Source: Armatimonadota bacterium
GTDB taxonomy: Bacteria; Armatimonadota; UBA5829; DTJY01
Assembly (NCBI GenBank): GCA_025358205.1
Contig: JANYKG010000070.1
Coordinates: 13,748-77,747 of the forward strand
Length of the DNA stretch: 64,000 nucleotides
Direction of reading: 5' to 3'
Shown: positions 50,455-59,466 of the stretch, piece after piece
How the letters are laid out: each line of letters begins with the position of its first letter
How positions within the stretch are numbered: position 1 is the stretch's first letter
The notes under the pieces: model-generated
What the model saw: only the letters and a program-made list of their open reading frames with translations
Databases searched by the model: none
What the model was told of the DNA's origin: nothing
Translations under genes and position numbers: made by a program

Positions 50455-51762
50455 ATGAATCGTTTTGTAACGACGATGGGAAGAATAGTCCTCATGGTCG
50501 TGACGTGCGTGGCAGTGCTGGCAGCTGCATCCTGTGCCAAACCCAGCGCCACCCAAGTGGCTGAGGGGATGGTTGACTCCATGGTTAGGGGTGACTTTGC
50601 CTCCGCGACCAAGGACTTCGACGCCGCAATGCAGGCCGCCTTGCCCGCGGAGAAGTTGGGCCAAAGCTGGGCGCAGGTGACGGCGCAGATAGGGGCATTC
50701 AAGTCACGCACCGGAAGCCGTGAGGCACAGGAGGCCGGCTCTCAGACTGTACATGTGACCTGCCAGTTCGAGAAGGGGAGTTGGGACATCAAGGTCACAT
50801 TCGACAAAGACGGCAAAATCGGCGGGCTGTATGGGTCCCCTGCACAATCCGCGGAAGTGCCGTATAGGATGCCGTCATACGTTCACAAAGAGCGATTCGA
50901 GGAGTACCCTGTTTTCGTCAACAAGGGCGGCGAGTGGGAACTCCCGGGCACGCTGACTATTCCGAAGGGCAAAGGGCCATTCCCTGCCGTGGTTTTGGTT
51001 CACGGCTCCGGCGCACAGGACCGGGATGAGACCATACTTGCCAACAAGCCGTTCAAGGACATCGCATGGGGCCTGGCGTCGAGAGGGGTTGCGGTCCTGC
51101 GGTACGATAAGCGCAGTAAGGTATACACTGACCCGGCGAAGTGGGGCAAGAGCTTTACCGTCAAGGAGGAAGTGACGGACGACGCGCTGGCGGCCGTCAA
51201 ACTGCTTCGCGGCTCCACCGGGATCGATCCGAAGAGGGTCTTCGTGTTGGGCCACAGCAATGGCGCCTTGCTCTCTCCGAGGATCGGGAAGGCCGACCCC
51301 AAGATCACCGGGCTGATCATGATGGCCGGGTGCATCACCCAGCCAGTAGAGAAGTGTGTCTTGCGGCAGGCCACGTACATAGCCTCACTAAATGGGCCGA
51401 TAACCGATGACACCAAGAAGGAGATCAACAAGCAAGTGCAATCGGCCATGAAGAGCGTGCCGGATTCATACAATCAGGATCTCGATGACTATATTCGGGC
51501 GGCGCCGGAGATGGCAAAGTCGCTGAAACAGCCCATGCTCGTCATTCAGGGCGCACGGGACTACCAGGCCATCGAGGCAGACTTCAAAATCTGGAAGGCT
51601 GCGCTCTCTTCGCGAACCAATGTCACGTTCAAGCTCTACCCGGACCTGAACCACCTCTTCATGACGGGAACCGGCATGGCCACGCCCTCCGAGTACGAGA
51701 AACCCGGTACCGTGGCGCAGTCAGTGGTCAGCGACATCAGCGATTGGATCAACGGGCATTAG
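50455..51762 (+). CDS. lipoprotein: N-terminal DUF3887-like domain + alpha/beta hydrolase (GHSNG nucleophile elbow)
   Basis: Signal peptide with AASC lipobox. DUF3887-like segment GDFASATKDFDAAM...WDIKVTFDKDGKIGGL. LVHGSG, VLGHSNGA and a DLNH-type His. Confidence 0.7.
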   Translation: MNRFVTTMGRIVLMVVTCVAVLAAASCAKPSATQVAEGMVDSMVRGDFASATKDFDAAMQAALPAEKLGQSWAQVTAQIGAFKSRTGSREAQEAGSQTVHVTCQFEKGSWDIKVTFDKDGKIGGLYGSPAQSAEVPYRMPSYVHKERFEEYPVFVNKGGEWELPGTLTIPKGKGPFPAVVLVHGSGAQDRDETILANKPFKDIAWGLASRGVAVLRYDKRSKVYTDPAKWGKSFTVKEEVTDDALAAVKLLRGSTGIDPKRVFVLGHSNGALLSPRIGKADPKITGLIMMAGCITQPVEKCVLRQATYIASLNGPITDDTKKEINKQVQSAMKSVPDSYNQDLDDYIRAAPEMAKSLKQPMLVIQGARDYQAIEADFKIWKAALSSRTNVTFKLYPDLNHLFMTGTGMATPSEYEKPGTVAQSVVSDISDWINGH

Positions 51763-51771
51763 GAGCATCAT

Positions 51772-52131
51772 ATGTGGACGACATTTGTTCAGCAGGCCGG
51801 AATGCTATTCCAACAACCGCTTCTCATTGGGTTAAGTGTGCTCTGCATTGTGGGAGGGCTGCCGCTGGCAATGAATCTCATCCCACCCAATCCCATTTCC
51901 GGTGTCAAGGTTCGGAAAACCCAATCCGATAAACGCATTTGGTATCTCGTCAATTCGTATTGCGGCAAGGGATTAATTCTGACCGGGGTTATCACCATTG
52001 TCTGTGCCGTGGCGCTCCGCCTGACAGCTATGCCGCCAGCCACATGCGGAGCGATAGGCGTTCTGGTGCTCGTCGGCGGCCTTGTGCTGTGGGTCGTCGC
52101 GACCTTGATCTACCTGATCCGTGTAAAGTGA
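51772..52131 (+). CDS. SdpI/YhfL-family small membrane protein
   Basis: IPPNPISGVKVRKT motif (PNP..G.R.T) between TM helices. Confidence 0.6.
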   Translation: MWTTFVQQAGMLFQQPLLIGLSVLCIVGGLPLAMNLIPPNPISGVKVRKTQSDKRIWYLVNSYCGKGLILTGVITIVCAVALRLTAMPPATCGAIGVLVLVGGLVLWVVATLIYLIRVK

Positions 52132-52137
52132 ATTTGG

Positions 52138-52210
52138 CCCGCATTATTCACAAACAACGTGAATAATGCTCTGAAGGCCCTGGATTATTCGCTTCATGAA
52201 TAATCCAGGC
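52138..52210. repeat. REP-like element, copy j
   Basis: CCGCATTATTCACaaacaaCGTGAATAATGC...CTGGATTATTCGCTTCATGAATAATCCAGG. Confidence 0.85.
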
Positions 52211-52255
52211 TAGCTTCGGTCTGTTGCATTGAATGAGCGTGCCTGAAAGGAGAGA

Positions 52256-53680
52256 ATGATGAAGAAACACACTATCGCATGGAGACTAGTGGCTATCGGC
52301 TTGCTGGCGATCGGCCTTATGTCGCAAGGTGCCTATGCCGACCGCGCCGCTGACGGCACTGCGTTTCTGCAGTCTGTGAAGAGTGGGCAGTACGCCGAAG
52401 CTGTCTCGCATTTCGACGCAGTAATGAAACAGGCGATGTCCGCCGCGCAGTTGAAGGATACCTGGGAGATGGTCTGCCAGAAAGTGGGAGCATACGGCGG
52501 AATCACCAAACCTCAGGTCTGGAAGAAGGACGTAGGCGGTAATGTATACGATATCGTCCAGTTCCCCAGCAAGTTCGGCAGCACGTCGCTGGACATCTGG
52601 GTTGTCTACGATCTGACCGGGGAGATCGGCGGATTGTGGTTTTTGAATCCTTCGCCGGGAGGTCCACCGGCCGCCATTACGCAGGGGCTTCCGGCCAAGT
52701 CCGCCGGACCTCAATACACTGCTCCGTCATACGTTCGCAAAGAACGATTTGAGGAGTACCCCATTTTCGTCAACGAAGGTGAGGAGTGGCAACTTCCCGG
52801 AACGCTTACCATGCCTAAGGGCGAGGGGCCTTTCCCGATCCTGATCCTCGTTCATGGTTCCGGTCCGAATGACCGGGATGAGGCCATAGGTCCCAATAAA
52901 CCGTTCATGGATATCGCGTGGGGTCTGGCATCCAACGGAATAGCGGTCGTGCGATATGACAAGCGCACCAAAGTCCATTCAGCGAAGCTGGCCAAGATGG
53001 TAGACAAAATAACGGTGAAGGAAGAGACCGTTGACGATGCGCTGGCCGCAGTTTCGCTCACCCACTCTCTGCAGAGGATAGACCTGAAGCGAATCTACGT
53101 CCTCGGCCACAGCCTGGGCGGAATGCTTATACCGCGAATCGGCGCAGGAAATTCAGAGATCGCTGGTTTGATCGTGCTTGCCGGGCCGACCAGACCGTTT
53201 GAGGATATTCTCCTGGAGCAGGTCACCTACATCGCCTCACTTAAAGATACATTAACAGCGGACGACAAGGCTGAGTTGGCGAAATTGAAACAGCAGGTGG
53301 CGAACGTGAAAAGCCCAAAGCTCTCGCTCAAGACCCCAATGTCAACGCTGCCCCTCGGTACGTCTCCCGCATCGTACTGGCTTGATCTGCGGGGCTACAA
53401 ACCCGCAGAGTCGGCAAAGACGCTGAAACAGCCCATGCTCATCATGCAGGGCGGGCGCGACTATCAGGTCACCGAGGCGGACTTCAAACTCTGGAAGGAT
53501 GCGCTTTCTTCGCGGACCGACGTTACATTCAAGCTCTACCCTGACCTGAATCACCTGTTCATGACCGGAGTCGGTAAGGCCACGCCCTCCGAGTACGAGA
53601 AACCGGGCAGTGTGGAACCGGCCGTGGTAAGCGACATTGCCGATTGGATAAACGGCCAGCAGACAGTAGGTGCGAAATGA
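52256..53680 (+). CDS. secreted DUF3887-like domain + alpha/beta hydrolase, paralog
   Basis: Signal peptide. SGQYAEAVSHFDAVM...DIWVVYDLTGEIGGL domain. LVHGSG and LGHSLGG. Confidence 0.7.
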   Translation: MMKKHTIAWRLVAIGLLAIGLMSQGAYADRAADGTAFLQSVKSGQYAEAVSHFDAVMKQAMSAAQLKDTWEMVCQKVGAYGGITKPQVWKKDVGGNVYDIVQFPSKFGSTSLDIWVVYDLTGEIGGLWFLNPSPGGPPAAITQGLPAKSAGPQYTAPSYVRKERFEEYPIFVNEGEEWQLPGTLTMPKGEGPFPILILVHGSGPNDRDEAIGPNKPFMDIAWGLASNGIAVVRYDKRTKVHSAKLAKMVDKITVKEETVDDALAAVSLTHSLQRIDLKRIYVLGHSLGGMLIPRIGAGNSEIAGLIVLAGPTRPFEDILLEQVTYIASLKDTLTADDKAELAKLKQQVANVKSPKLSLKTPMSTLPLGTSPASYWLDLRGYKPAESAKTLKQPMLIMQGGRDYQVTEADFKLWKDALSSRTDVTFKLYPDLNHLFMTGVGKATPSEYEKPGSVEPAVVSDIADWINGQQTVGAK

Positions 53681-54162
53681 GCGATAAGACAAACGTTTCA
53701 TTTCGGGAGGTTCAGCGCGGTATAGGTTACTGGCTAGCGCTCGTTCTGGTCGTGGCGTTCATCGGCCCGTATGTCTGGACCCGGCACGCGCCACCACAAG
53801 GCATGCTGCTGGCGACGGCATTGCTGATCTTCTTTTTCACGTACCTTTGCAGGATGGTTACCGAGGTTCGCGATGACGGCGTATACGTGCAGTGGTGGCC
53901 CTTCGTGCCGATGTTTCGCAGGTTTCCGTTCGCTGACATCGAATCAGCAGTAGCACGAACGTACAATCCCATAGGCGAGTACGGCGGCTGGGGCATCCGC
54001 GTCCGAATCGGACCGGGCGCGAAACTGGGCGGCGCGTACAACATGAAGGGCAACCGAGGCGTGCAACTCGTCTTCAAGAACGGCGTACGTCTCCTCATCG
54101 GCTCGCAGGACGCCGAAAACCTTGAACACGCCATCCGAAGCGACATGAGCCGGTATGCTTAA
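53677..54162 (+). CDS. membrane protein with 2 TM + bacterial PH-like domain
   Basis: Start MSDKTNV overlaps the upstream stop. 2 TM, then a GGWGIRVR...GVQLVFKNG beta-rich domain. Confidence 0.45.
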   Translation: MSDKTNVSFREVQRGIGYWLALVLVVAFIGPYVWTRHAPPQGMLLATALLIFFFTYLCRMVTEVRDDGVYVQWWPFVPMFRRFPFADIESAVARTYNPIGEYGGWGIRVRIGPGAKLGGAYNMKGNRGVQLVFKNGVRLLIGSQDAENLEHAIRSDMSRYA

Positions 54163-54246
54163 ATCATTGAGAGTTTACAATTCTGTTTGGGTAGACTTGA
54201 CATGCATCCGTCTACGACCGATAATGAATACGGAGTTGCATGTGAT

Positions 54247-54414
54247 ATGAGGAGATACAAGCTGTCCGAACTGCAGACAGAACTGCGTGCGAAAGGTATC
54301 CCCGCGCTAGCGCAGAGGCTCAAGAAGGAGTCGGGATACGACGCTCGTGCGCGCAAACTGCGCCGCAACCCCGGTGAGATAAAGGCGGCCGATGATGCCC
54401 GACGGCCCGAATGA
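54247..54414 (+). CDS. small basic protein (55 aa) upstream partner of NTase
   Basis: MRRYKLSELQTELRAKGIPALAQRLKK... Overlaps the NTase start. Confidence 0.4.
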   Translation: MRRYKLSELQTELRAKGIPALAQRLKKESGYDARARKLRRNPGEIKAADDARRPE

Positions 54415-55018
54415 TAGAGTTGACCATCTGTCAGCGCTCAAATCACGCCTTCACCACATCTCACCATCACCCAGCCGTCAAGGATTATTAACTCAAGTTG
54501 CCTCGCTCATCACCGAGGCATTCATGGCGCTTGGTGTCAGCCCGCCTGTAGTGGTCGGTGGTCTCGCCGTGGAGACATACACTACCGCCGAGTATACGAC
54601 TCGGGATGTTGACTTCATCCACACTGACGACTCAGCGGTCGCAAGAGTGATGCATGCCCTCGGTTTCACAAAGCGTCCCGGACATCGTTACTATGTGCAT
54701 CCGCAGGTTGATGTCTACGTCGAGTTCCCAACCGGTCCCCTGGATGGTGACAGTACCCGCATCTCCGAGATACAGCTTGACGACGGGAGCCTCATCTTCG
54801 TGATCGGTATCGAGGACATTATCATTGACCGGTTGTCCGCTTGGCAGAACTGGGACAAACTGCGAGAGGATTCGGAAGACGCGATCCAGGCGATCACGCT
54901 GTTGGTAGCGCAAGCCGGTAGCATTGACCACGATTACCTGAAGGCGGTCGCTGCTGAACGTGGGTTGTCCGATGCGTTGTCGGAAATCCAGCAGCGAGTT
55001 AACGCCCTGCGAGGATGA
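54392..55018 (+). CDS. AbiEii-like nucleotidyltransferase, paralog of 20338..20931
   Basis: VVVGGLAVETYTTAEYTTRDVDFI NT-fold motif. Confidence 0.6.
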   Translation: MMPDGPNDRVDHLSALKSRLHHISPSPSRQGLLTQVASLITEAFMALGVSPPVVVGGLAVETYTTAEYTTRDVDFIHTDDSAVARVMHALGFTKRPGHRYYVHPQVDVYVEFPTGPLDGDSTRISEIQLDDGSLIFVIGIEDIIIDRLSAWQNWDKLREDSEDAIQAITLLVAQAGSIDHDYLKAVAAERGLSDALSEIQQRVNALRG

Positions 55019-55142
55019 TATAGTTCGGCTGTTCCAGCCGCCCCTCTCCGCTGACGGCTGAGAGCTGATGGCTAGAGGCTATCCCCGGTATAATTACCAG
55101 TTTTTCCATGAATTCTCATCTGATGAGAGTGCAGGCTATTGA

Positions 55143-55171
55143 CATTCCATACAACCAGGCGTAATCTGTGT
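55143..55171 (+). promoter_or_regulatory. sigma70-like promoter TTGACA-N17-TAATCT upstream of PEP-CTERM gene
   Basis: AT-rich 250-nt spacer. Hairpin GGCTTCgcagAAGCC lies before the GAAGGAG RBS. Confidence 0.35.
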
Positions 55172-55268
55172 TTGATGCCCATTGAGGTATTACAGGCTAG
55201 GCAAGGTATTACCCAGGGTTTTTACATTTTAATTACATGGCTTCGCAGAAGCCGAAAGAAGGAGAAGG

Positions 55269-55892
55269 ATGAAGAATGCAGCGTTGATGATCTTCGTACT
55301 GGTTCTTAGCTGCATGATCTCAGCTAAGGCATCCACATTCACGGTCAACAGCAGAGCACTGGACGGTTCAAACACGCCGCACTTCGTGACATATACTGCT
55401 TCCTGCCTGGGGATGTACGAGTTTGACGTGTCGGGTACCTACCAGTATACCCTCAGCACAAGCACCTATTGGGCAGATGCAGGGTGGGCTACGCTAGACA
55501 GCTGGGCAACAATCACACCCAAGGTTGATGGCACACCCCGCCAAGATACACCGATCGATCCCGCTTTGCCTACTCCGGCTGGTATACTGATGTTGTGGTT
55601 TAGCGATGGTAGCGAAAACTTCCACGAGTGGGGTGAATATTCGTCATCGCATACCTACTCTACGCATAGAACACTGACCGCAGGCCAGCAACTCACTTTC
55701 TGGATATCAGACTGGTATCCCTACAGTGCAACTGACTACCAACGCTCATATGGGCCGCAGTGCTATGCGGATAACTCTGGCTTCCTCACCGTTAGTGTAG
55801 CGGTTGAAGCGGTACCCGAGCCGTCATCCTTCGTTGCCCTGGGTGCGCTGGTGGTGCCACTACTAGCGCGCAGCCGGTGCAGAAAGCACTAA
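55269..55892 (+). CDS. PEP-CTERM sorting-domain secreted protein
   Basis: Signal peptide. C-terminal VPEPSSFVALGALVVPLLARSRCRKH (PEP motif, TM, basic tail). GC is lower than its surroundings. Confidence 0.75.
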   Translation: MKNAALMIFVLVLSCMISAKASTFTVNSRALDGSNTPHFVTYTASCLGMYEFDVSGTYQYTLSTSTYWADAGWATLDSWATITPKVDGTPRQDTPIDPALPTPAGILMLWFSDGSENFHEWGEYSSSHTYSTHRTLTAGQQLTFWISDWYPYSATDYQRSYGPQCYADNSGFLTVSVAVEAVPEPSSFVALGALVVPLLARSRCRKH

Positions 55893-55929
55893 CACCCTGT
55901 TCGCTACGCGCAAGAGGAGTAATTTCTCC

Positions 55930-56229
55930 GTGTGCAGGGCTATTCTAAAGAATGGAGACGCGATAAGGATGAGCAATTGGCCAGACAGCATAGTGTCATA
56001 CATTGACCTCATAGGAATACGCGCACAGGTAGACAGCGGGACTACCAGAGCCTCTAATACAATGCGGAGGATGCATCAGTGTGTGGCTGACGCGACAAGA
56101 AAAATGCAACGGCACAATTACGTTTACCTGCTAAACGATTGCGTGTTGCTCATGGCACCTGTCGATACAGGTGAGGACTACAGATTGGTGATGAGCGAGC
56201 TGAGTGATCTCAAGGGGTGTGTCAAGTAA
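55930..56229 (+). pseudogene. 5' fragment of a gene (class III nucleotidyl cyclase-like?) truncated by IS256 insertion
   Basis: Last codons (GCVK*) are read from the IS left inverted repeat. No in-frame continuation beyond the IS right end. Confidence 0.45.
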
Positions 56230-57547
56230 ACTGTGCTTCTGCCCTCACCGGTCGTGTCAGGCAACGACGTGTTTGACCCGGTCCGGGAAGAACACCGCCA
56301 GTTGCGCCAGTATCTGCCCCCAGTTGGGCACCCGCATCGTCCACTTGCGGGTCACGTCCTGCGTCACAAGATAGAGCATCTTCAGCAGCGCATCATCGGT
56401 CGGAAAGATGCTCTTTCCTTTTGTCACCTTCCGAAGCTGCCGGTGGTAGCTCTCGATCAGGTTGGTCGTGTAGATGATCTTCCTAATCTCCGGCGGGTAG
56501 GCAAAGAAGGTCGCTATCTCCGCCCAGTTCCTCCGCCAGGACTCTACGATATACGGGTACTTCTTGCCCCATTCCGCCGCAAATAGATCAAGCTCAGCTA
56601 GTGCCACTTCCTCAGACGGGGCGGTGTATACCTTCTTCAGGTCAACCGTCACCTTCTTTACGTCCTTGTAGGAGACGTACCGTATCGAGTTCCTGACCTG
56701 GTGCACGATGCACTTCTGTATCTCGGTCTTCGGGAACGCCGCCGAGATCGCTTCGCTGAACCCAGAGAGATTGTCCACACTTACGATCAGTATGTCCGCC
56801 ATCCCACGGTTCTTCATCTCTGAAAGCACCGACAGCCAGAACTTGGCCGACTCGCTCTCGCCGATGTATATGCCCAGCACATCCTTCCTGCCCTCAAGGT
56901 CGATCCCGATCACCATGTAGGCCGCTTTGCTCTTGATCTGGCCGTTGTCTCTCACCTTGTAGTGAATGGCATCCAGGAATACGAACGCGTACACCTCTTC
57001 AAGCGGCCGGCTCTGCCACTCGTGAATCAGCGGCATGATCTTATCCGTGATGTTGCTGATGAGCCCAGGCGAGACGTCTATGCCGTAGAGCTCGTGGAGG
57101 TAGTCCTGTATCTCCCTGGTGCTCACGCCTTTCGCGTAGAGGGCTATGATCTGCTCCTCGATCTTCGAGATATTCCTCTCGCGCTTCTTTACGATCAGGG
57201 GATCAAAGTCGCATTCCCGATCACGGGGGACTTCTATATCCACCTCTCCGTGGCTCGTGCGCAGTGTCTTCGTGCCGTGACCGTTCCTGCGGTTCTCCGT
57301 CTTCTTGTTCTCGGAATCGTTCTTCTCGTAGCCGAGATGGTGATCCATCTCAGCCTCAAGCATCGCCTGGATCGTCTCGCCGAAGAGATCCTTCAGCGTC
57401 TCGTGGATATCCTCGACAGTCTTGATGTTCCGTTCCCTAATCAGTTCCTTGATCTGTTCTCTGCTCAGTAGTGCCATGTTGCGCTTTCTGTCCTTTCCTT
57501 CGTAAGTATATCCTACGACCGAAGGTTAGGCAAAAGCACACTTCATT
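56217..57547 (-). mobile_element. IS256-family insertion sequence (transposase CDS 56257..57477)
   Basis: 406 aa Transposase_mut (IS256) protein. Imperfect terminal IRs GTGTGTCAAGTAAACTGTGCTTCTGCC (left) and GTGTGTAGAATGAAGTGTGCTTTTGCC (right, revcomp). Confidence 0.85.
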
Positions 57548-57638
57548 CTACACACTCTATGGCACTCTATCGGCCCGAGAAAATCCAAGAATCAGCTAGC
57601 GAAGTGAGATATTCAGAATGTCCTCAGAAGCCACAAGG

Positions 57639-58619
57639 CTACTCACTGATAGCTCTTCTCTCTGATTTCTTCTTGTTATGGTAGGCATCATGGCAGAACG
57701 TAGAACAATACTTCGCGGAACGCTTCTTCAGTTCTCCTTGTGACGATGCTTCGGCCTTTTCCCAACCTACCTCAAAATCGTTTCCGCAGTTAGGGCACGT
57801 CTTGAACTCACGCTGTCCGGTCACAGCTTGGGCGAACTGAAGCCACATAGCACCCAAGAGGTTGGTTGGGATAATGTGTAGTTCCAGACCACCGTCTGCT
57901 CGGCTGACAATACCGGCTCTTGTATTGCCCTTACGCAACTCCATCACATTCTCTGCCTTGTTGAAGGATACCGAGGTATCGTCAAGATGTTTGTTCACTA
58001 TCTGCACTAGACACGCTCTCGCAAGAGGGAGAATCTGCCTTGTGTCATAGGCAGGACGAAGATGCGAGTTTCTTAGAAGGTTCAAGTCCACAAAACAGTC
58101 TTCGTTCGCATATCCATAGTCAACGTGACAACTCAGGCGGCGAGGCTCGTCAGACGGGCCAAGACGTACTATGTCCTTGAGTTTGCTCATGTCCTTCTGC
58201 TCAACAGCACTATGAAAAGCATAGACCGCCGCCATGTGCTCTGATTCATTCCTCCAGTCGTCAAGGAGTTCTACCACTACCCTTTGTCCTGTCTGGTCAC
58301 GCATGAGCAATTCACCTTGGCGGCTCGGAAACCACGGCGGCAGTTTGTTTCCCTCAGTCAAGGTCATTGCCGCAAACCTACCAAGATTGCCATACACACG
58401 GGCAAAGGCGAAAATGGTGTTCACGTCCGGCGGAACCTGCCGACTGCCAACCTTCGCGAACTTTTTGAATAGAGTAGGTTCATCTCTCATCGGTTCATAG
58501 GTTTTCTTTGGCGAAGAATGAAACACGATTCCGCACGTTTCATTGCCCTTCACCAAACCTTTGACCAAGGCGCAATCCTCAAGCACATACTGCACGAACT
58601 CAACGGACAAGGCTACCAC
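57639..58619 (-). CDS. hypothetical protein with C-terminal zinc-ribbon (CPNCG...CSTFCHDAYH)
   Basis: 326 aa, lower GC, lies in the island. Confidence 0.45.
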   Translation of the reverse strand: MVALSVEFVQYVLEDCALVKGLVKGNETCGIVFHSSPKKTYEPMRDEPTLFKKFAKVGSRQVPPDVNTIFAFARVYGNLGRFAAMTLTEGNKLPPWFPSRQGELLMRDQTGQRVVVELLDDWRNESEHMAAVYAFHSAVEQKDMSKLKDIVRLGPSDEPRRLSCHVDYGYANEDCFVDLNLLRNSHLRPAYDTRQILPLARACLVQIVNKHLDDTSVSFNKAENVMELRKGNTRAGIVSRADGGLELHIIPTNLLGAMWLQFAQAVTGQREFKTCPNCGNDFEVGWEKAEASSQGELKKRSAKYCSTFCHDAYHNKKKSERRAISE

Positions 58620-58735
58620 CTGCTTTCACTCACTGAAAAATCTGGAAGATACACGGAATCACAACGCTAACCGTGTAGACATAGCGTAACACGAATGATA
58701 CACTTAGGGCAAGTACAAACAAACGGAGGTGCCTT

Positions 58736-58933
58736 ATGGTACAGAACAATCTCACTGTTAGTGTGCCCGAAGCTGGGCGTTTGCTTGGCATAGGTAGGAA
58801 CCTGAGCTATCGTCTTGCACAGGAGGGCAAACTGCCGATCTTGCGATGTGGTAAGAGGGTTCGCGTGTCCTTGTCCGCACTTGAACGTATGATTGACAAT
58901 TGTGGACAGCTAAGAACAGAGGCGAAGAAATGA
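58736..58933 (+). CDS. AlpA/Xis-like helix-turn-helix DNA-binding protein
   Basis: 65 aa. VPEAGRLLGIGRNLSYRLAQEGKLPILRCGKRVRV HTH_17-like. Confidence 0.6.
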   Translation: MVQNNLTVSVPEAGRLLGIGRNLSYRLAQEGKLPILRCGKRVRVSLSALERMIDNCGQLRTEAKK

Positions 58934-59466
58934 GAGCGGTAATGCAAAATAGCGGAGTCGCAGGCTTTGACGGGCGCGGCGGCTCCGCTATGGGACAGGC
59001 GAAGAGCTTCGCGAAAAACTCATCACCAGTTCATTATACCACACCAAGGCCGGGCGTCAAGCCTGAGCGGACGGGTTGGCGCGATGAAGCTCTATCCGCA
59101 AGGCATCGGCTGTATGGCTGTGATGCTCCAATGGTGGATGTTGACTTCCTGTGCTGTGAGTATGACTCCGGCATTCCCTGTGCGATCATCGAATACAAGG
59201 CTTCGCGGCCTTTCTGTATTGACCGAATGCACGCAAGTTATCGGGTACTCCGCCGCTTGTCTGATTCGGTCCGCGTACCGTTCGCGGTAGTCTTCTACAA
59301 TCCTACCGTATGGCGGTTCACGGTCTACCCTATGAATGACTATGCAGAAGCATGGTTCGAAGAAGGCGAAGAACTCTCTGAGCGTGAGTATGTCACACGG
59401 CTGTATCAGATACGCGGGCGAGAACTGCCGCATTATGTTGCGGATGCACTGGAGGTCACGCCATGA
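58930..59466 (+). CDS. hypothetical protein with PD-(D/E)XK-like motif
   Basis: VDVDF...IIEYK spacing compatible with a restriction-endonuclease-like fold. Start taken at MRAVMQ. Confidence 0.35.
   Translation: MRAVMQNSGVAGFDGRGGSAMGQAKSFAKNSSPVHYTTPRPGVKPERTGWRDEALSARHRLYGCDAPMVDVDFLCCEYDSGIPCAIIEYKASRPFCIDRMHASYRVLRRLSDSVRVPFAVVFYNPTVWRFTVYPMNDYAEAWFEEGEELSEREYVTRLYQIRGRELPHYVADALEVTP

Noticed and set aside
56257-57477. Transposase as part of a larger composite transposon
   Set aside because: Only one IS copy with its own imperfect terminal inverted repeats is present. No second copy or cargo bounded by IS elements was found in the window.
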